From positions 35,526,001-35,590,000 of the forward strand of contig OX597830.1 in assembly GCA_951406725.2 (NCBI GenBank): a DNA stretch of 64,000 nt. The letters are read 5' to 3'. Shown here piece after piece: positions 33,833 to 49,636 of the stretch. The notes under the pieces were generated by a model that was not told the DNA's origin, made no database searches, and was given only the letters and a program-made list of their open reading frames with translations. A program made the position numbers and the translations under genes. The number at the start of each line of letters is the position of its first letter. The first letter of the stretch is position 1. The DNA is from Octopus vulgaris (lineage: Eukaryota).

Positions 33833-34502
33833 AATAATAATAATAATAATAATAATAATATTAATAGTAGTAATAATAATAATAATAATTATAACAATAA
33901 TAATAATAAACCTGTGAGCATTATTGCTTGCAGAGAACGCATGTAAAGGTAGGAGTAGTTTTTGGTAGGTGTTGCTCTGATGATAAACACCTACCAAAGT
34001 TACGATCAGTGCTCATAACTTAAAATCACTTATTATTGATAAAATTCGGAAAATGAGCTATTACCCCTTTATTCTCATGGAAAAAATATGAAATCCAAAC
34101 TTTTTTAAGTTCGGGATCCCATGCTCTATAAGTAAGTTATGAGAAACTTGGAAAAAATTCATGAAATTCGATCCCCGAATTTGGTTACACAAAGACAAGA
34201 TTTTTTTTCAATGAAACAAATATTTGACCCTCCTTACATAAGTTTGCGAGAAGAATGGCTGAAAATTAAATTACTCAGAGAATTGGAGGGATCAGGGAAG
34301 GAAGAATTGATAAACGTTGATCAGCCTGTCGTTGGCAAATTGATGATGCCCTTGCTTCATCCGATGAAAGCCGTGATATTATCTAAACAAGGGCATAAAC
34401 ATCTACTGAGATGAAAACTGGAATAATTTTTCATGAACTTACGACTGGGAATATCAACGTTACGTTTTATCCCACAAGCTATAATGTTATGTAGGCCACA
34501 GA

Positions 34503-34529
<27 letters not shown>

Positions 34530-34533
<4 letters not shown>

Positions 34534-34903
34534 AGATAAGAAAATGGAGAAATACATCTAAATTAAATATCAATTACCAGATAATACTCAATCACATACT
34601 GTATTAAACCACCACATAAGAGACTGTAGGGTTAAGTATAAAAAAGCAGAACAAATCAGTGTACATAAAGGAATGTACATAAATAAGTGTACATAAAAGA
34701 GTAATGTTGTATAATAAGTAGAATATATATAAAAAAGAGAATATAAATATAAGTAAATATAAATATAAGTATAGATTACGTCTTACAGCTGTTTCGGCCA
34801 TGTAGATAAGTATGTCTCATTTTACCAATATTAGCCTTTTATGGTAGGTCAATATATAGATATAAATGAGACATTTACAAAAATATCATAAGGCCTCTTC
34901 GGA
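34530..34903 (-). mobile_element. Orphan PLE pseudo-LTR-like element starting at a hammerhead core, between (TA)n tracts
   Basis: Minus strand t-CCGAAGA-ggcc-(92 nt)-ggcc-GAAA-cagctg-TA-agacg at 34903-34779. Confidence 0.7.
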
Positions 34904-34921
34904 TATATATATATATATATA

Positions 34922-35089
34922 TTCCTTATTTTCTCTCTTTATTTTCTCTCCTTGCTTCTTTCTGTGTTCCTTTCTGTGGAAGAGCGTAGACTCGAAATGC
35001 TAAAGACTCCTTCACTTCCCGAGCGTTATGCTAATATATCTGTTTGTTGTCTACACCACCTGTCTTCATCTTTTGTTTTTTGTGAATTC

Positions 35090-35093
<4 letters not shown>
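34922..35093 (+). mobile_element. Family H1 pseudo-LTR-like element with degenerate hammerhead
   Basis: ttt-CTGTGGA-a-gagc-gtag-actc-GAAA-tgcta-aag; downstream cttcccgagcgttatgctaata similar to 60780-60805; (TA)n on both sides. Confidence 0.6.
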
Positions 35094-35141
<48 letters not shown>

Positions 35142-35207
35142 CAGGCATGTATACACACAGATAAACACACACATACACTAACATACATGCACACATATAT
35201 CTTGGCT

Positions 35208-35281
35208 TTCCTGCTGACGAGAGCTTCACCAAAGTAAATTATTTTATTTGCTAAAGATTGCTTGAAACCATGGTACAGGAA
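35208..35281 (+). ncRNA. Type-I hammerhead ribozyme motif with fully canonical core
   Basis: Stem I ttcctg/caggaa, CTGACGA (35214-35220), stem II gagc/gctt, GAAA (35264-35267), palindromic stem III ACCATGGT, cleavage triplet GUA. Confidence 0.85.
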
Positions 35282-35509
35282 GTAGAGGGGAAATATTTTT
35301 TTTATTTATCATTCCCTTTCGAAATTACCACTAATAGTGGTTTGAAGTTTAACTGCTCCTTCTAGCGTGTCAGATGTCCTGTCATGGCCATCTCTTATGT
35401 GTTTAAATGTACACTGTATGTTTACACATATATATGTATATGACGTAGATTGACACGATATGTATATTATGTAGATCGATCAGAGTATCTGATGTTCTTA
35501 TACATCGCT

Positions 35510-35742
35510 GGTCACAATGCCCTTGATTAATGCCACCCCACTGGCTAGACGAGCAGGCCAACATTCCCCCTGATCGGAAGGCCAGTCCGTCGCAGGGTTA
35601 TACATTTACAGCTAAGTGGACTAGAGCAACGTGAAATGAAGTGTTTTGCTCAAGAACTGAACGCGCCAGTCGGTCCGGGAATCGAAACCATGATGTTAAG
35701 ATCGGAAGCGCACCCACCCTAATCACTAGGCCATGCGCCTTC
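35510..35742 (-). mobile_element. tRNA-derived SINE related to family C
   Basis: Minus-strand head gaaggcgcatggcctagtgattaggg and B box ggtttcgattccc; tggactagagcaacgtgaaatgaagtg resembles 10698-10726. Confidence 0.75.
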
Positions 35743-36710
35743 GCACATATGCAAATATTCACAAGCAAACATCCTACAACAAGACGCCGACAACATCAGA
35801 CATGCACTTTTGAACGCTTCATACTGCTTTCGGCTGCCAACTCCTGCAGACTTAGTCAGTAAATGTTTTATTTCAGCTGCAATAAATAAGAGAAGCACAT
35901 TTTTACTTACCAGCGCAGCGTTATTCAAGTCGAAAAGCATAATATATCTTACACTAGGCGGAATCTCGCTCGTATGATCAAAGCTGAAATTGATAGCCAC
36001 GCCAATACATACAAATATTTGTGTGTGTGCGCGTACATGTGTGCATGTAAATATGTTTGTACGTGTGCATGTTTGCGCCTTCACATTTTATTTAGAATTA
36101 TTCCTATGTGAGGGCATCCGGTTTCTAACAGATAGATAGATAGGAGTACCACTACTAGTATTTTGATAAGAGCAACGATAACTGCTAATCATTAATCTTC
36201 AGAAAAGTTTTGCTTACTTTTACTGTTCCACTTACAGGTTTTTTGTGTAATGCGAATGCTAGCCACTCTCTTTTATACATGTATGTATATATGAATGTCA
36301 CTATCTATTTTTTTTTTTTTTTTAAGATTTCTTGCCAATAGAGAAAGAGCCGGTTTCTAACCTAGATCCAAGGTTCCTACATTGAAATTTCAACATCAAC
36401 AACAGGGTATGTATGTATGTATGTATGTATGTATGTATGTATGTATGTATGTATGTATCTGTGTACACATTCAGATTCGTATGTTTTGTTTTATGTATGT
36501 CATCTCATGTATATACTTGCATATCTAGAATGATCATATACACTTAAATAATAAACTTCTGGGCCTTTTAAAGACTTTTACAATTTCAATGATAGAATGT
36601 ATGAGTCTTCGAATCAGTTCTCTCCTTTCTGGTTTTGAGAAGCCTAATTTCTCAAGATTGGTATTTATGCAGTGCTACATATCCCAGTGCCCAAGTAGTT
36701 ACAAGCATAT

Positions 36711-36978
<268 letters not shown>

Positions 36979-37180
36979 TTTCGTTTCAGCACACGATCTC
37001 AGATCAAATTACTTGCTATGCGAGTACATCTCCGTAATATATATATATATATACATATATATGATTGATTGATTCTAGTTTCAGCTTATGAGCTGTGGCC
37101 ATGCTGGGGCACCGCCATTTGGTGTTGCTACTTGGTTTCACTTCATGGAGGCTTTCTAGCAACTGCTATTTGGTGCATTA

Positions 37181-37267
<87 letters not shown>

Positions 37268-37273
37268 ACACAC

Positions 37274-37308
<35 letters not shown>

Positions 37309-37399
37309 TATATGTACATATATATGTATGCCTGCATATATGTGTGTATATCTGTGTGAGTGAGTGTCTCTGTGTATGTAAGTGTAAATATACATTCGT

Positions 37400-37600
37400 A
37401 CTTTACGTTTTGTTTCAGTCATCGGATTGCGGCCGTCCAGGGGCACAGTTGTAAAGAGTTTGCCCAAAGAAATCTCTCCCAGTGCTTACTTATTTCCTAA
37501 ATCTAGAACTTATTTTACCGGTTTCATTTTACCGAACCACTAGGTTATGGAAACTTAAACAAGCCAACACTGGTTTTCATGCAGCGGGTGGGGAACAAAG
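37400..37600 (-). mobile_element. SINE family A, decayed 3' half
   Basis: ttgtttcagtcatcggattgcggcc...ccgaaccactaggttatgg. Confidence 0.65.
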
Positions 37601-37663
37601 AAAGAAAAGATTCTATTGTTTCTTGAAAATCCTCTAAAGCAAGGATGAGGACAAGGCTATCAC

Positions 37664-37768
37664 TATATGAATATAGTTACAGATACTATATTGGGTGGCT
37701 ATCTATACCTACATAATGTATTTGTGTGTGTGTGTGTATGTCTCTCTCTCTCTCTCTTTCTCTCTCTA

Positions 37769-37813
<45 letters not shown>

Positions 37814-38490
37814 GTATCCACATTTAGTTCCATACATTTTATACACACGGAGACACACATTTTTCTTTCACTATTTTACCACAGTCTTAATATCTCTCTT
37901 TCATAGAAACTCAAAGATAAATCATCACCTACATGGTCATCTAGTACTCTAAAATAAATAGGGATCAGGTGGGTCACAAAAGTGGTCCAGCATAACGTAT
38001 GAGCAAACCAAATAAAGATACATGAAATATAAGCCCCTATCCGTTTTTTTTTGTTTCTCACAATAAATTCCAATAAAATCGTTATTTCCCGCAATCAGAG
38101 AGATATTTTAAGAAACATTAATCATAATTACCTATTTTACATCATATTATAGGGAAAGAAAGTCAGTGTGACGCAACACATTTGTAGTTACGTCCTAAAT
38201 ATATCCATTGAGTTACTGTTAGACGAATAATGGATTCACATGAAAATTTGACCTAACATAGAAACATTAAGCAATTGAGGAATTAATATGTAAATATTCA
38301 GGGACAAGCAGAAAACCGACCGGGAGGCAGTGTTCTTGCTTGTACGTATGATACTCTTAAGTGGCTATAATGCACTGGTGTTCCTATGTGTCCAGTTATA
38401 GGCCTTCGATCATGCTCTCTATACCGTAGATCACAAAGCTATTTGGGTTCCTATTTCTGTCTTGGTTGTAAGTCAAAATGTTCGAAGACA

Positions 38491-38581
<91 letters not shown>

Positions 38582-38612
38582 TTCTCCATCTATTTCTCCA
38601 TCTATCTGCCTG

Positions 38613-38685
<73 letters not shown>

Positions 38686-39607
38686 ATATCTATCAGTCAG
38701 CCTGTCTGCCTTCTGTTTATCTATGGCATTAAGGCACATATATGCATGTCTGTGTGTTAATGCATTGATATATATATATATATATATATGTATATAAATA
38801 AATAAATAGATATATGCACACACACGCGCGTATACGTGTACACATCTATATAAAACAATATGTATATGAATATATGTGTGCTTGTGCATGTATGTATGTA
38901 TCTATGTATACACGCATGAATATATAATATATATATATTATATATGCATGCGTGCATACATAGATACATACATACATTCACACACATATATTCATATACA
39001 TATATATACACACATATATATATATATGTCTATGTGTATATATATGTATATATATGTATATATGTATACCTAAGCACATATATGCTAAGAATATTCCTAG
39101 TCATTTCCTCCCCTCCCCATCTCTATGCAATATTTTTTCTACGTATATATACATGTGTGTGTGTGTGTGCGTGTGTGTGTTTATTGATAAGTGTGTGTGA
39201 GTTTGTGCACGTTTACATATATGTCTATGTGTGTGCGTGTTTGTATGTGCATGTGTGTGTGTATGTGTGTATGTGTATGTGTGTGGGTGTGCTTTTGCTA
39301 GAACGAGTGTTTATGAATTTGAATTGCCATACAAAATACCTATTTAGAAACACATACATACATATACAGACACGACCATACATTATTATACGCAGGTATA
39401 AAACACAATCTCATCCGTAACATATATTTCCATTCACTGTTGTCATTTAGGTTACTAGAAAAATTCACTTGCGTCCATACACACACTTGCCTATATGTAT
39501 ACTAATATACATATATATACATATATACATATATTTAAAGAAATTGTACATAATATATATATGTATATATATATATATATGTATGTATGTATACATGTAC
39601 ACACATA

Positions 39608-39651
<44 letters not shown>

Positions 39652-40168
39652 CATACACACATATAATGTATCTATGCATTTTGCACCATTTAAACATACA
39701 CATTAATGTATATGCGATATCGAGGAATATTTCTTTGTATCAAAACATAATACAAAGACGAGTATCCCCTCATGGTACTCATTTTGCTATGTAGGTATGT
39801 GATGACACGTAATTAGAGCCGTATAGAAGCGTATTTATTACCCCATAGACATATGTCATTAGAGTTATGCCATGAATAAAAATATTAGATAATATAATAA
39901 AAAAAAATATATACACACACATATATATATGCCCCGATGTCGAAACTGTAATTACGTATCAATATGGAGACGTATTCACACTTTGTCAAACTTGTGTGTA
40001 TGTGTATGTGTATGTGTGTGCCTGCGTGTGTATAAAACGTATGGAACTATATGTGGATACGTATATATATATATAACTAGAGAGAGAGAGAGAGAGACAT
40101 ACACACACAAACACATTATGTAGGTATAGATAGCCACCCACTCTTGTATCTGTAACTATATTCATATA
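37664..40168. repeat. Inverted duplication: 37664-37860 versus 40012-40168
   Basis: tatatgaatatagttacagatac...gggtggctatctatacctacataatg...tacgtatccaca.tagttccatac.ttttatacacacg present in opposite orientations. Confidence 0.9.
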
Positions 40169-40453
40169 TATGTTTACACACACACATATATATTCGCATA
40201 CTTTTCGTAATACACCATGTGTGTATATATGCTTATATATATGAATATATATATATATATATACATAGATGCATACATATTGGAGGGGGCCGAGTGCTCA
40301 TGAATATATGCATGCACATGGATATGTATGAATGTGGGCCTATGTATATATTTATACATGCGTACCTACATGGTTTTGTGCCAATACAATATATATATAT
40401 ATATTATACGTATGTATTTGTATATATACATGTGTATATATATATGTATATAT

Positions 40454-40540
<87 letters not shown>

Positions 40541-40810
40541 TATCAGTCTGCATGTAGCCCTAAAAATGTGTCAACTTTTGCGAGATTGCAAGAGGTTTTT
40601 GCTGGATGGCTCCATGTGCATCCCTGAACTAATGATCATGTGGTATATTCTGTAATATACTCATATAGATAATGATATGCACACTTAACCTCGCGTTTAC
40701 TCGTGAACACACATATCTTGCCTTCTTTCTTGGTTACTGTCACTGTGAATCGGTTTATCTGTCAATCTATCCACAAACACGTTTATTCATATGTACATAT
40801 CACGTGAAGA

Positions 40811-40879
<69 letters not shown>

Positions 40880-41874
40880 GTGTATATATATACATATATA
40901 TATAATATATATATATATACACATATATATAATATATATACACATATATATATATACACATATATACATACATATATATAATATATATATACATGTATAT
41001 ATATATACACACACACACTCTCAAATGAAAATACAGGTGTTAGTCACATAGAGGAAGTCAAGTGAAAGAAAGGATATTCATTAGTTTACAATTGTTTCAT
41101 CATAATCCATGTTGGTTACACCTCTGACGTTACGTTCCCATCTAACATACCATTCATATTGTATATGCTCTAATGTAACTAACAGACTGCAACTTAGAAC
41201 ATTTCTGATCAATTCTCTATATATTTATACATGTAAACGTATACACACACACCTGCTTACACACGTATATAAACACACACAAATACCACCGAAGTTCGAC
41301 GTTGCCTTTCATCATTTCGGTGCTGATAAAAAAGAAAATGTCCCAGTTAAACACATGGGTTGATGTAATAGACTAGTTCCCGCCACTAAAAGACTTCATG
41401 CTCTATGCCCATTGTAGAAAGGATCTTCTGACATAGGTTATTCAAACTACATGCGTTAATAGAATAACTCTTCCTCCACATGAACTGTTATGCCTGTCCT
41501 TCTTTGCAGCTAAATAATTTTCTAATTAGACGCAACGTTCTGGATCTTATCTTAAAGTTTCACCGCAAAATATTGTTTTTTTTTCTTGATTGTAAATTTA
41601 TGGTCCACACTGTTATTACTTAGCTTCAAGTCGAACTTCACTACACAGAATTTAGAGTGCACATCTCTGGTCTCACCTCACACACACAAACACACACACA
41701 CACAAACTCTGTCGCTCCCTTTCTCCCTTTTCACTCTCTGTTTTTAAACGTGCAATGACACATAACTATTATCTATTAATATGGGCACTATGCAAGTGTC
41801 TGCTGAGCACTGGGGCCGAGGTAATTTATCAGCCCCGTCTCCAAAAGAATTTCAGGCTTTCTACCTATATTAGA

Positions 41875-41943
<69 letters not shown>

Positions 41944-42405
41944 TATTATTATTAATATTATTATTATTATTATCAGTTATTGTTTTTGTTATTATTATTA
42001 TTATTATTATCATTATTATTATTATTTGTAGTAGTAGTAGTAGTAGTAGTAGTAGTTATTTATAAACCAACCAAATAATATAATGATTTATAACCCCGGA
42101 TCAAAGTCACGCATTCTTAAGATTGAGAGAGTGTAGTCGATTAATGTGACCCCCTGTTCTTGACATGTACATTATTTTATCGACCTCAAAAGAATGAAAG
42201 CCAAAATCGATCACGTGATTTGACCTGAGAACCTAAATGGGAAGGAAGAAAAGTACCGAGAAAGAAATGCAATCGATTTTATAGCCCTTCCCACAAACCC
42301 TCTGCTTGATGACATGACTGGAAAACTGAAAACAATATTATTATTATTGTTGTTGCTGTTGTTGTTTTTGTTGCTGTTGTTATTTTTGTTGTTGTTGTTA
42401 TTAAT

Positions 42406-42590
42406 GCGGCGAGCTGGCAGAACCGTTTAGCAAGCCGGGCTAAATGCTTAGCGGCATTTCGTCCATCTTTGCGTTCTGCGTTCAAATTCCGCCGAGGCCG
42501 ACTTTGCATTTCATCCTTTCAGGATCGATAAATTAAGTCCAAGCTGAGTACTGGAGGTCAATTCAATTGACTTAACACCTCCCAAAATTA
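42406..42590 (+). mobile_element. SINE family B
   Basis: gcggcgagctggcagaaccgtttagc...gttcaaattccgccgagg. Confidence 0.85.
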
Positions 42591-42796
42591 TTATCATTAT
42601 TGTAGTTGTTGTTGTTGTTGTTGTTGCTTTCATATACACTCAACAGATTATATTGTTGGAAAAGAAAAAAAATGCTAACATCGGGCTACAACTAGTAACC
42701 TTAGATGCCATTATTATTGTTATTATTATTACTACTACTATTACTACTACTACTACTACTACTGCTATTAGAGCTGTCACCTAATATTATTATTAT

Positions 42797-43250
42797 CTTC
42801 TTTCAGTTTTATTTCCATTTCTTGCCGCGCGTCTTCCCGACACGTAAGGAAACTCAACGCATACATTGATAGGCCATTAAAATAAACACAGCAGCTTCTT
42901 CATTTAGAAAGTCACGTGTTAGGAAAAGAGGGGGGAAAGAAAGACAGAAGAAAGAAGGAAGAAAAAGAAAAAAAGGAAAAAGTATAACAAAGAAAATAAG
43001 GGGGAAAAGGAAAGAAAATACGTGTGACGTACCAGTCAAGACAATTTTTTGCACTTCCTGCATGGATGGTAAGCCAGGTATCATCATCAAACAGTTTTCA
43101 GTTTCACTTTTGATCATTGCCTTTTTGATCAGTTTTGATAAGTGCTTCCGCAGTCACTGGTATTGTAACCATCGTGAGATGTCACATTTTTTTCAATTTC
43201 AATCAGCAATCTTTATATTTTCGGAGCTTATCAAGTTCTTTTTGTCGAGA
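42797..43250 (-). mobile_element. R4/Dong LINE subfamily 2-like, decayed 3' fragment
   Basis: MIPGLPSMQEVQKIVLTGTSHV; 3'UTR resembles 30700-30774; (TTA)n on both sides. Confidence 0.8.
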
Positions 43251-43776
<526 letters not shown>

Positions 43777-43786
43777 GTTGTTGTTG

Positions 43787-44154
43787 TTCTATGTTTGACT
43801 TTTGCTTTATGTCTGTACAAGTTGGGTCCAAGTCTCACCCAGAGACCTCAAGAGACAACAGGTTGGAAGTTCGTATTGTTGTTATGCCTAGTGTGCCATA
43901 TATTTGGTTTTGTATTTAGTGTTGTACTAGTGAATGTCTAATACATAGATTTTTTTTAAAAAGTTTGTTTTAAATCTTGGGATTACATAGAATGTATTTT
44001 GCGTAGGATATGAGCAGTTCCCATGAGCACTATCTTTTGAATTTCTGCCATTTTGGGGTTTCCTGGTATCTGAGTTAGGTAGCAATCAGCCCCTTTCGCT
44101 ATCATTCCCAGGGCACCTATGACAACAGGTATTGTTTTAGTCTTCAGCTTCCAC
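43787..44154 (-). mobile_element. R4/Dong LINE subfamily 1, 3' fragment
   Basis: Reverse complement of 32500-32893 (WKLKTKTIPVVIGALG...); (TTA)n on both sides. Confidence 0.92.
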
Positions 44155-44235
<81 letters not shown>

Positions 44236-44271
44236 CATTATTATTATTATTATTATTATTATTAATATTAT

Positions 44272-45544
<1,273 letters not shown>

Positions 45545-45577
45545 TTATTATTATTATTATTATTATTCTTGTTGTTG

Positions 45578-45650
<73 letters not shown>

Positions 45651-45652
45651 CA

Positions 45653-45866
45653 TTCTATGTTTGACTTTTGCTTTACATTTGTACAAGTTGGCTCCAAGTC
45701 TCACCCAGAGACCTCAACTGACAACAAGTAGGAAGTTCATGTTGGTGTTATGCCTAGGGTGCCATATATTTGGTTTTGTAGTTAGTGGTGTACTAGTCAA
45801 TGTGTAGAAAACCATACGAAAATTATGTTTGTTTTAAAACTTGAGATTACATAGAAAGTATTTTGC

Positions 45867-45869
<3 letters not shown>
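45653..45869 (-). mobile_element. R4/Dong LINE subfamily 1, 3'UTR fragment
   Basis: Reverse complement of 32649-32893; (TTA)n on both sides. Confidence 0.9.
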
Positions 45870-45931
<62 letters not shown>

Positions 45932-45934
45932 GAG

Positions 45935-46146
45935 ACAGCGAGATGGGGGAATCGTTAGCACGCCTTGCAATATGCTTAGCGGCATTTCGTTCGTCTTTAC
46001 GTTCTGAGTTCAAATTCTGCCGAGTTAGTATTTGCCTTTCATCCTTTCGGAGTCGATAAAATAAGTACCAGTTGAGTGCTACGGTCGATAAAATCGACTA
46101 GCCACTCCCCCAGAATTTCAGGTCTTGTGCCTTTAGTAGAAAAGAT
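45935..46146 (+). mobile_element. SINE family B with (ATT)n tail
   Basis: gaatcgttagcacgcc...ttctgagttcaaattctgccgag...gtgcctttagtagaaaagatt(att)n. Confidence 0.85.
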
Positions 46147-46153
46147 TATTATT

Positions 46154-46207
<54 letters not shown>

Positions 46208-46218
46208 GATTGATTGAT

Positions 46219-46758
46219 TGAGAGAGTGCATGCCATCAAAGTGATACTAGGGTTAAATATACAAAGCCCAGTATACCCATCATGACTACCTGTCTTATAC
46301 GGGTACGCCAGGCACATGCATCACAACTATATGCGCACAACATAGTGATCTCATATCAAAATAGACAGTGCATGATCCTGCAGGTGGGGCCCAATTAGAA
46401 TTTTCTTCAAGTGGAGTAGCCCATCCCACTCAAAAGGTCCCTGAATAAGGATGTTGAACAAAACATCCATGTTTACAGAAGTGAATTATTGACACCCCAA
46501 ATAATTCCTCTCAACACATGACTGTGATGTTCTCCCACTACTTTGGCTCGTGATCAGAGATGCACATATCGTCAGCCACCAAGGGACATGTTCAACTGGT
46601 TAAGTTCAAACAACTGACAGCAAGTCTGTGGTATTGAGCAGAATATTTGCTGTAGCCCATCTTTTTATACCTAGACAAAACAATGTACATGATAACACTT
46701 CCAATCAGTTAAGATCAGAAGCCATGAGAGCCAGTTACCTGGTACTGCTTCAGGGCAT
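46219..46758 (-). mobile_element. Second full copy of the TAA-associated 555-bp element
   Basis: Reverse complement aligns end to end with 33278-33832; 3' end abuts (TTA)n on the plus strand. Confidence 0.9.
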
Positions 46759-46808
46759 CTTTTCATTGTATGGACACCCTCATCCTTTGCCTTTGGGTCA
46801 AATAAATG

Positions 46809-46879
<71 letters not shown>

Positions 46880-46920
46880 GTCATCATTATTATTATTATT
46901 ATTATTATTATTAATATTAT

Positions 46921-46952
<32 letters not shown>

Positions 46953-47037
46953 TTACTATTACTACTACTAATACTACTAATACTAATACTACTACTACTA
47001 CTATTACTACTATCATTATTACTATGATTATTATTTT

Positions 47038-47069
<32 letters not shown>

Positions 47070-47939
47070 CCATCACTTTGACCAGGTATATTGGTTTTTT
47101 TCCTTTCCTTTTTATTCATTCTTTTATTATTTGTCCTTCATGTTTCTCACATTTCTGGCAATCCACTCTACGAATGGTTCTGCTGCCCTTTTATAAACCA
47201 CATTTTTTTACGTCACTGCAATAAACCTGCGTATAATGAAATGAGTTATTTTTATTACTTTGTTTTTTATATATATTTGTGCATGTGGGTATTTTTTTGT
47301 TTGTCTGTATGGTGGGTTGTTTGATGGTCTTTAGCCTGAGGTCATTTGTGATTGATATGTATAATCGAAGAGGTTCTATATTGGGTATTTGTTTTTCTCT
47401 TTTCTTTTATTTTTTCCCTCTCTGATGTGTCCAGAACTATATCATCAAAAGTGCTCTTTCATTATTTTGTTTCGAAAAAAGGTGTGAGGAAATGCAATGA
47501 CCAACATTTAATTTAACTATTGTCTCTTTGTGTTCACTTTGATAGTGACCACTTACACCTATCAAAGTCAAACCAGGAAAACACATCTCTTTTCCTGTTT
47601 CTCCAAAATATTATTGTGCTTTATGGGTGTATATAATAACATTTAAGTGTTGGTGAGATGTCCCTTAGTTTCTGACAGGAGGCTGGACAAAAGCATGGAC
47701 ACAATGCACACAATTGCATGTCTCCTCTTTCCGAAATCTATAACCGTGTCTAAACAATATTAACAATATTGTTAGGCGCAGGAGTGGCTGTGTGGTAAGT
47801 AGTTTGTTTATCAACCACATGGTTCTGGGTTCAGTCCCACTGTGTGGGACCTTGGGCAAGTGTCTTCTACTATAGCCTCGGGCCGACCTAAGACTTGTGA
47901 GTGGATTTGGTAGACGGAAACTGAAAGAAGCCCGTCGTA

Positions 47940-47985
<46 letters not shown>

Positions 47986-48010
47986 TGAGTGTATGTTTGT
48001 GTGTCACCAT

Positions 48011-48893
48011 CACCACAGATATATACTATAAACACACAGACACACATCAATACCTAAATTTTAAGTCGTGCCATCCACCACATACAAAACGTAACATCCC
48101 ATACTGCCTAGCCAGAAGAATTTGTACTATTGTAGAAGATGCAAATATCAGGAACAAACGCCTAATAGAACTAAGAGAATTTTTGCTCAAACAAAAATAC
48201 CCATCTCTACTTATAGAAAATGGCATACAGCGGGCTACAAAAATACTTATACAACAACTTAGGACAACCCAAGGAAGAGGAAAACAAGAACAAGTCATAC
48301 CATTCATAGTGACACACAACCCATGTCACCAGAATATCTTCAACATTGCCAAAGCAAACCTACCAATCATTGCCCAAAGTAATGAATTAAAAGACATAAT
48401 CACGGATCGAGCTATGGTGCTTAGTAAAAGACAGCCTAAAAACTTGAAAACATTACTAACAAAGGCAAAATTTGACCTCAGCAACAAAGACCAAACATTC
48501 ACGGTATCTAAATGCAATGATAGCCGATGTGGCACATGCCAATTCATACATACCGGTCAATATATAAACACAAAAACCGGGAAAATATTCACAAACGCGA
48601 ATATGAACTGCAAAAGCAGAAATTTAATTTACTGCATCAAATGCCCAAATTGTGAAGAAATATATGTAGGTCAGACGGGAAACGCACTATTAGAACGCTC
48701 ACGTGTACACCGGCAACAGATTAGAGACCCAGAGGTCCGTCAGATACCTTTGAGTAACCACCTAGCAACATGTGGTCGGAAAATATATATAATATTTCCA
48801 TTCTACAAATTACACAGCCCAAGTGAAATCGAGAGGAAAATCAGAGAAAAGAATTTTATTGATAAATTCGAACCCAAGCTAAATAAGCAATAA
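48011..48893 (+). pseudogene. Penelope-like element ORF, 5'-truncated: RT thumb + Cys linker + GIY-YIG endonuclease
   Basis: TDIYYKHTDTHQYLNFKSCHP, CNDSRCGTC, NLIYCIKCPNCEEIYVG, R...HR, RE..FI....PKLN; frame open to the stop codon. Confidence 0.93.
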
Positions 48894-49383
48894 TAATAAT
48901 ACTTAGAGGTATTACTTCCACTGCTACGACCATGACCACTAACAACAACAACAATACTAAAGGTGATCAAGACGAAGATAGCAGGAAAGTTATCTTATTT
49001 AGGGTTAAAAGTTCTATTGCCACCACCATCACCACTAGCAACAATAATTAAGGTGCTGACAATGATGATGATGACAATTGAAATATAAAAATATAAAAAT
49101 CTCTGACAAAGGATATTTACAACATTTCTAAAAATAACCCAACAATTGCTGCTTCGGCCAGGGTCAAGATACAGGACTCTTGACATGTCCAACAAAGCGT
49201 GATGCCTAAACCAATCAGCTCAACCAACCAATCAGCTTAAGTAATTGAGTGATACTACACACTGATTGGTCAGAATACAGTTTGCAAAACCTATCTGGAG
49301 CCTACCCAGCTGTATTTATAGCACAGAATCAATCATCTTGCTACAGTCAAAAATTGTGAAGCATGACTGTCAACACTACTACA

Positions 49384-49428
49384 TGAACCCGAAGATTGCA
49401 GAATTCAATGCATGAAAGTACTAGTTCA
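49384..49428 (+). ncRNA. Minimal type-I hammerhead ribozyme motif in the PLE 3' pseudo-LTR
   Basis: tgaac-CCGAAGA-ttgca-gaattcaa-tgcat-GAAA-gtac-TA-gttca; stem I 5 bp perfect; stem III palindrome AGTACT; U4C core variant. Confidence 0.82.
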
Positions 49429-49602
49429 ATCAGAATGAATATTTAACATTCTACTATTTCATTTTATTTTATTCAATTATAATATATTATCTTATAATAT
49501 ATCATTATAAGATGTAAATAAAACGTGAAAATCAGACAAGGTTGGAATTCTTTTTATTAATATATTCTACTATACACAATCACACACACATATATATATA
49601 TA

Positions 49603-49636
<34 letters not shown>

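Noticed and set aside
34000-34500. Possible DNA-transposon/MITE remnant and ORF 34139-34414
   Set aside because: No termini, second copy or protein motif that I can support
35911-35983. Candidate 73-nt minus-strand exon (tttcag ... CTG|GTAAGT)
   Set aside because: Good donor but weak pyrimidine tract, unrecognisable peptide and no partner exons; needs RNA-seq
47985-48010. Start of the 302-aa ORF as a real initiation site
   Set aside because: These codons are SINE microsatellite read-through; the PLE is 5'-truncated
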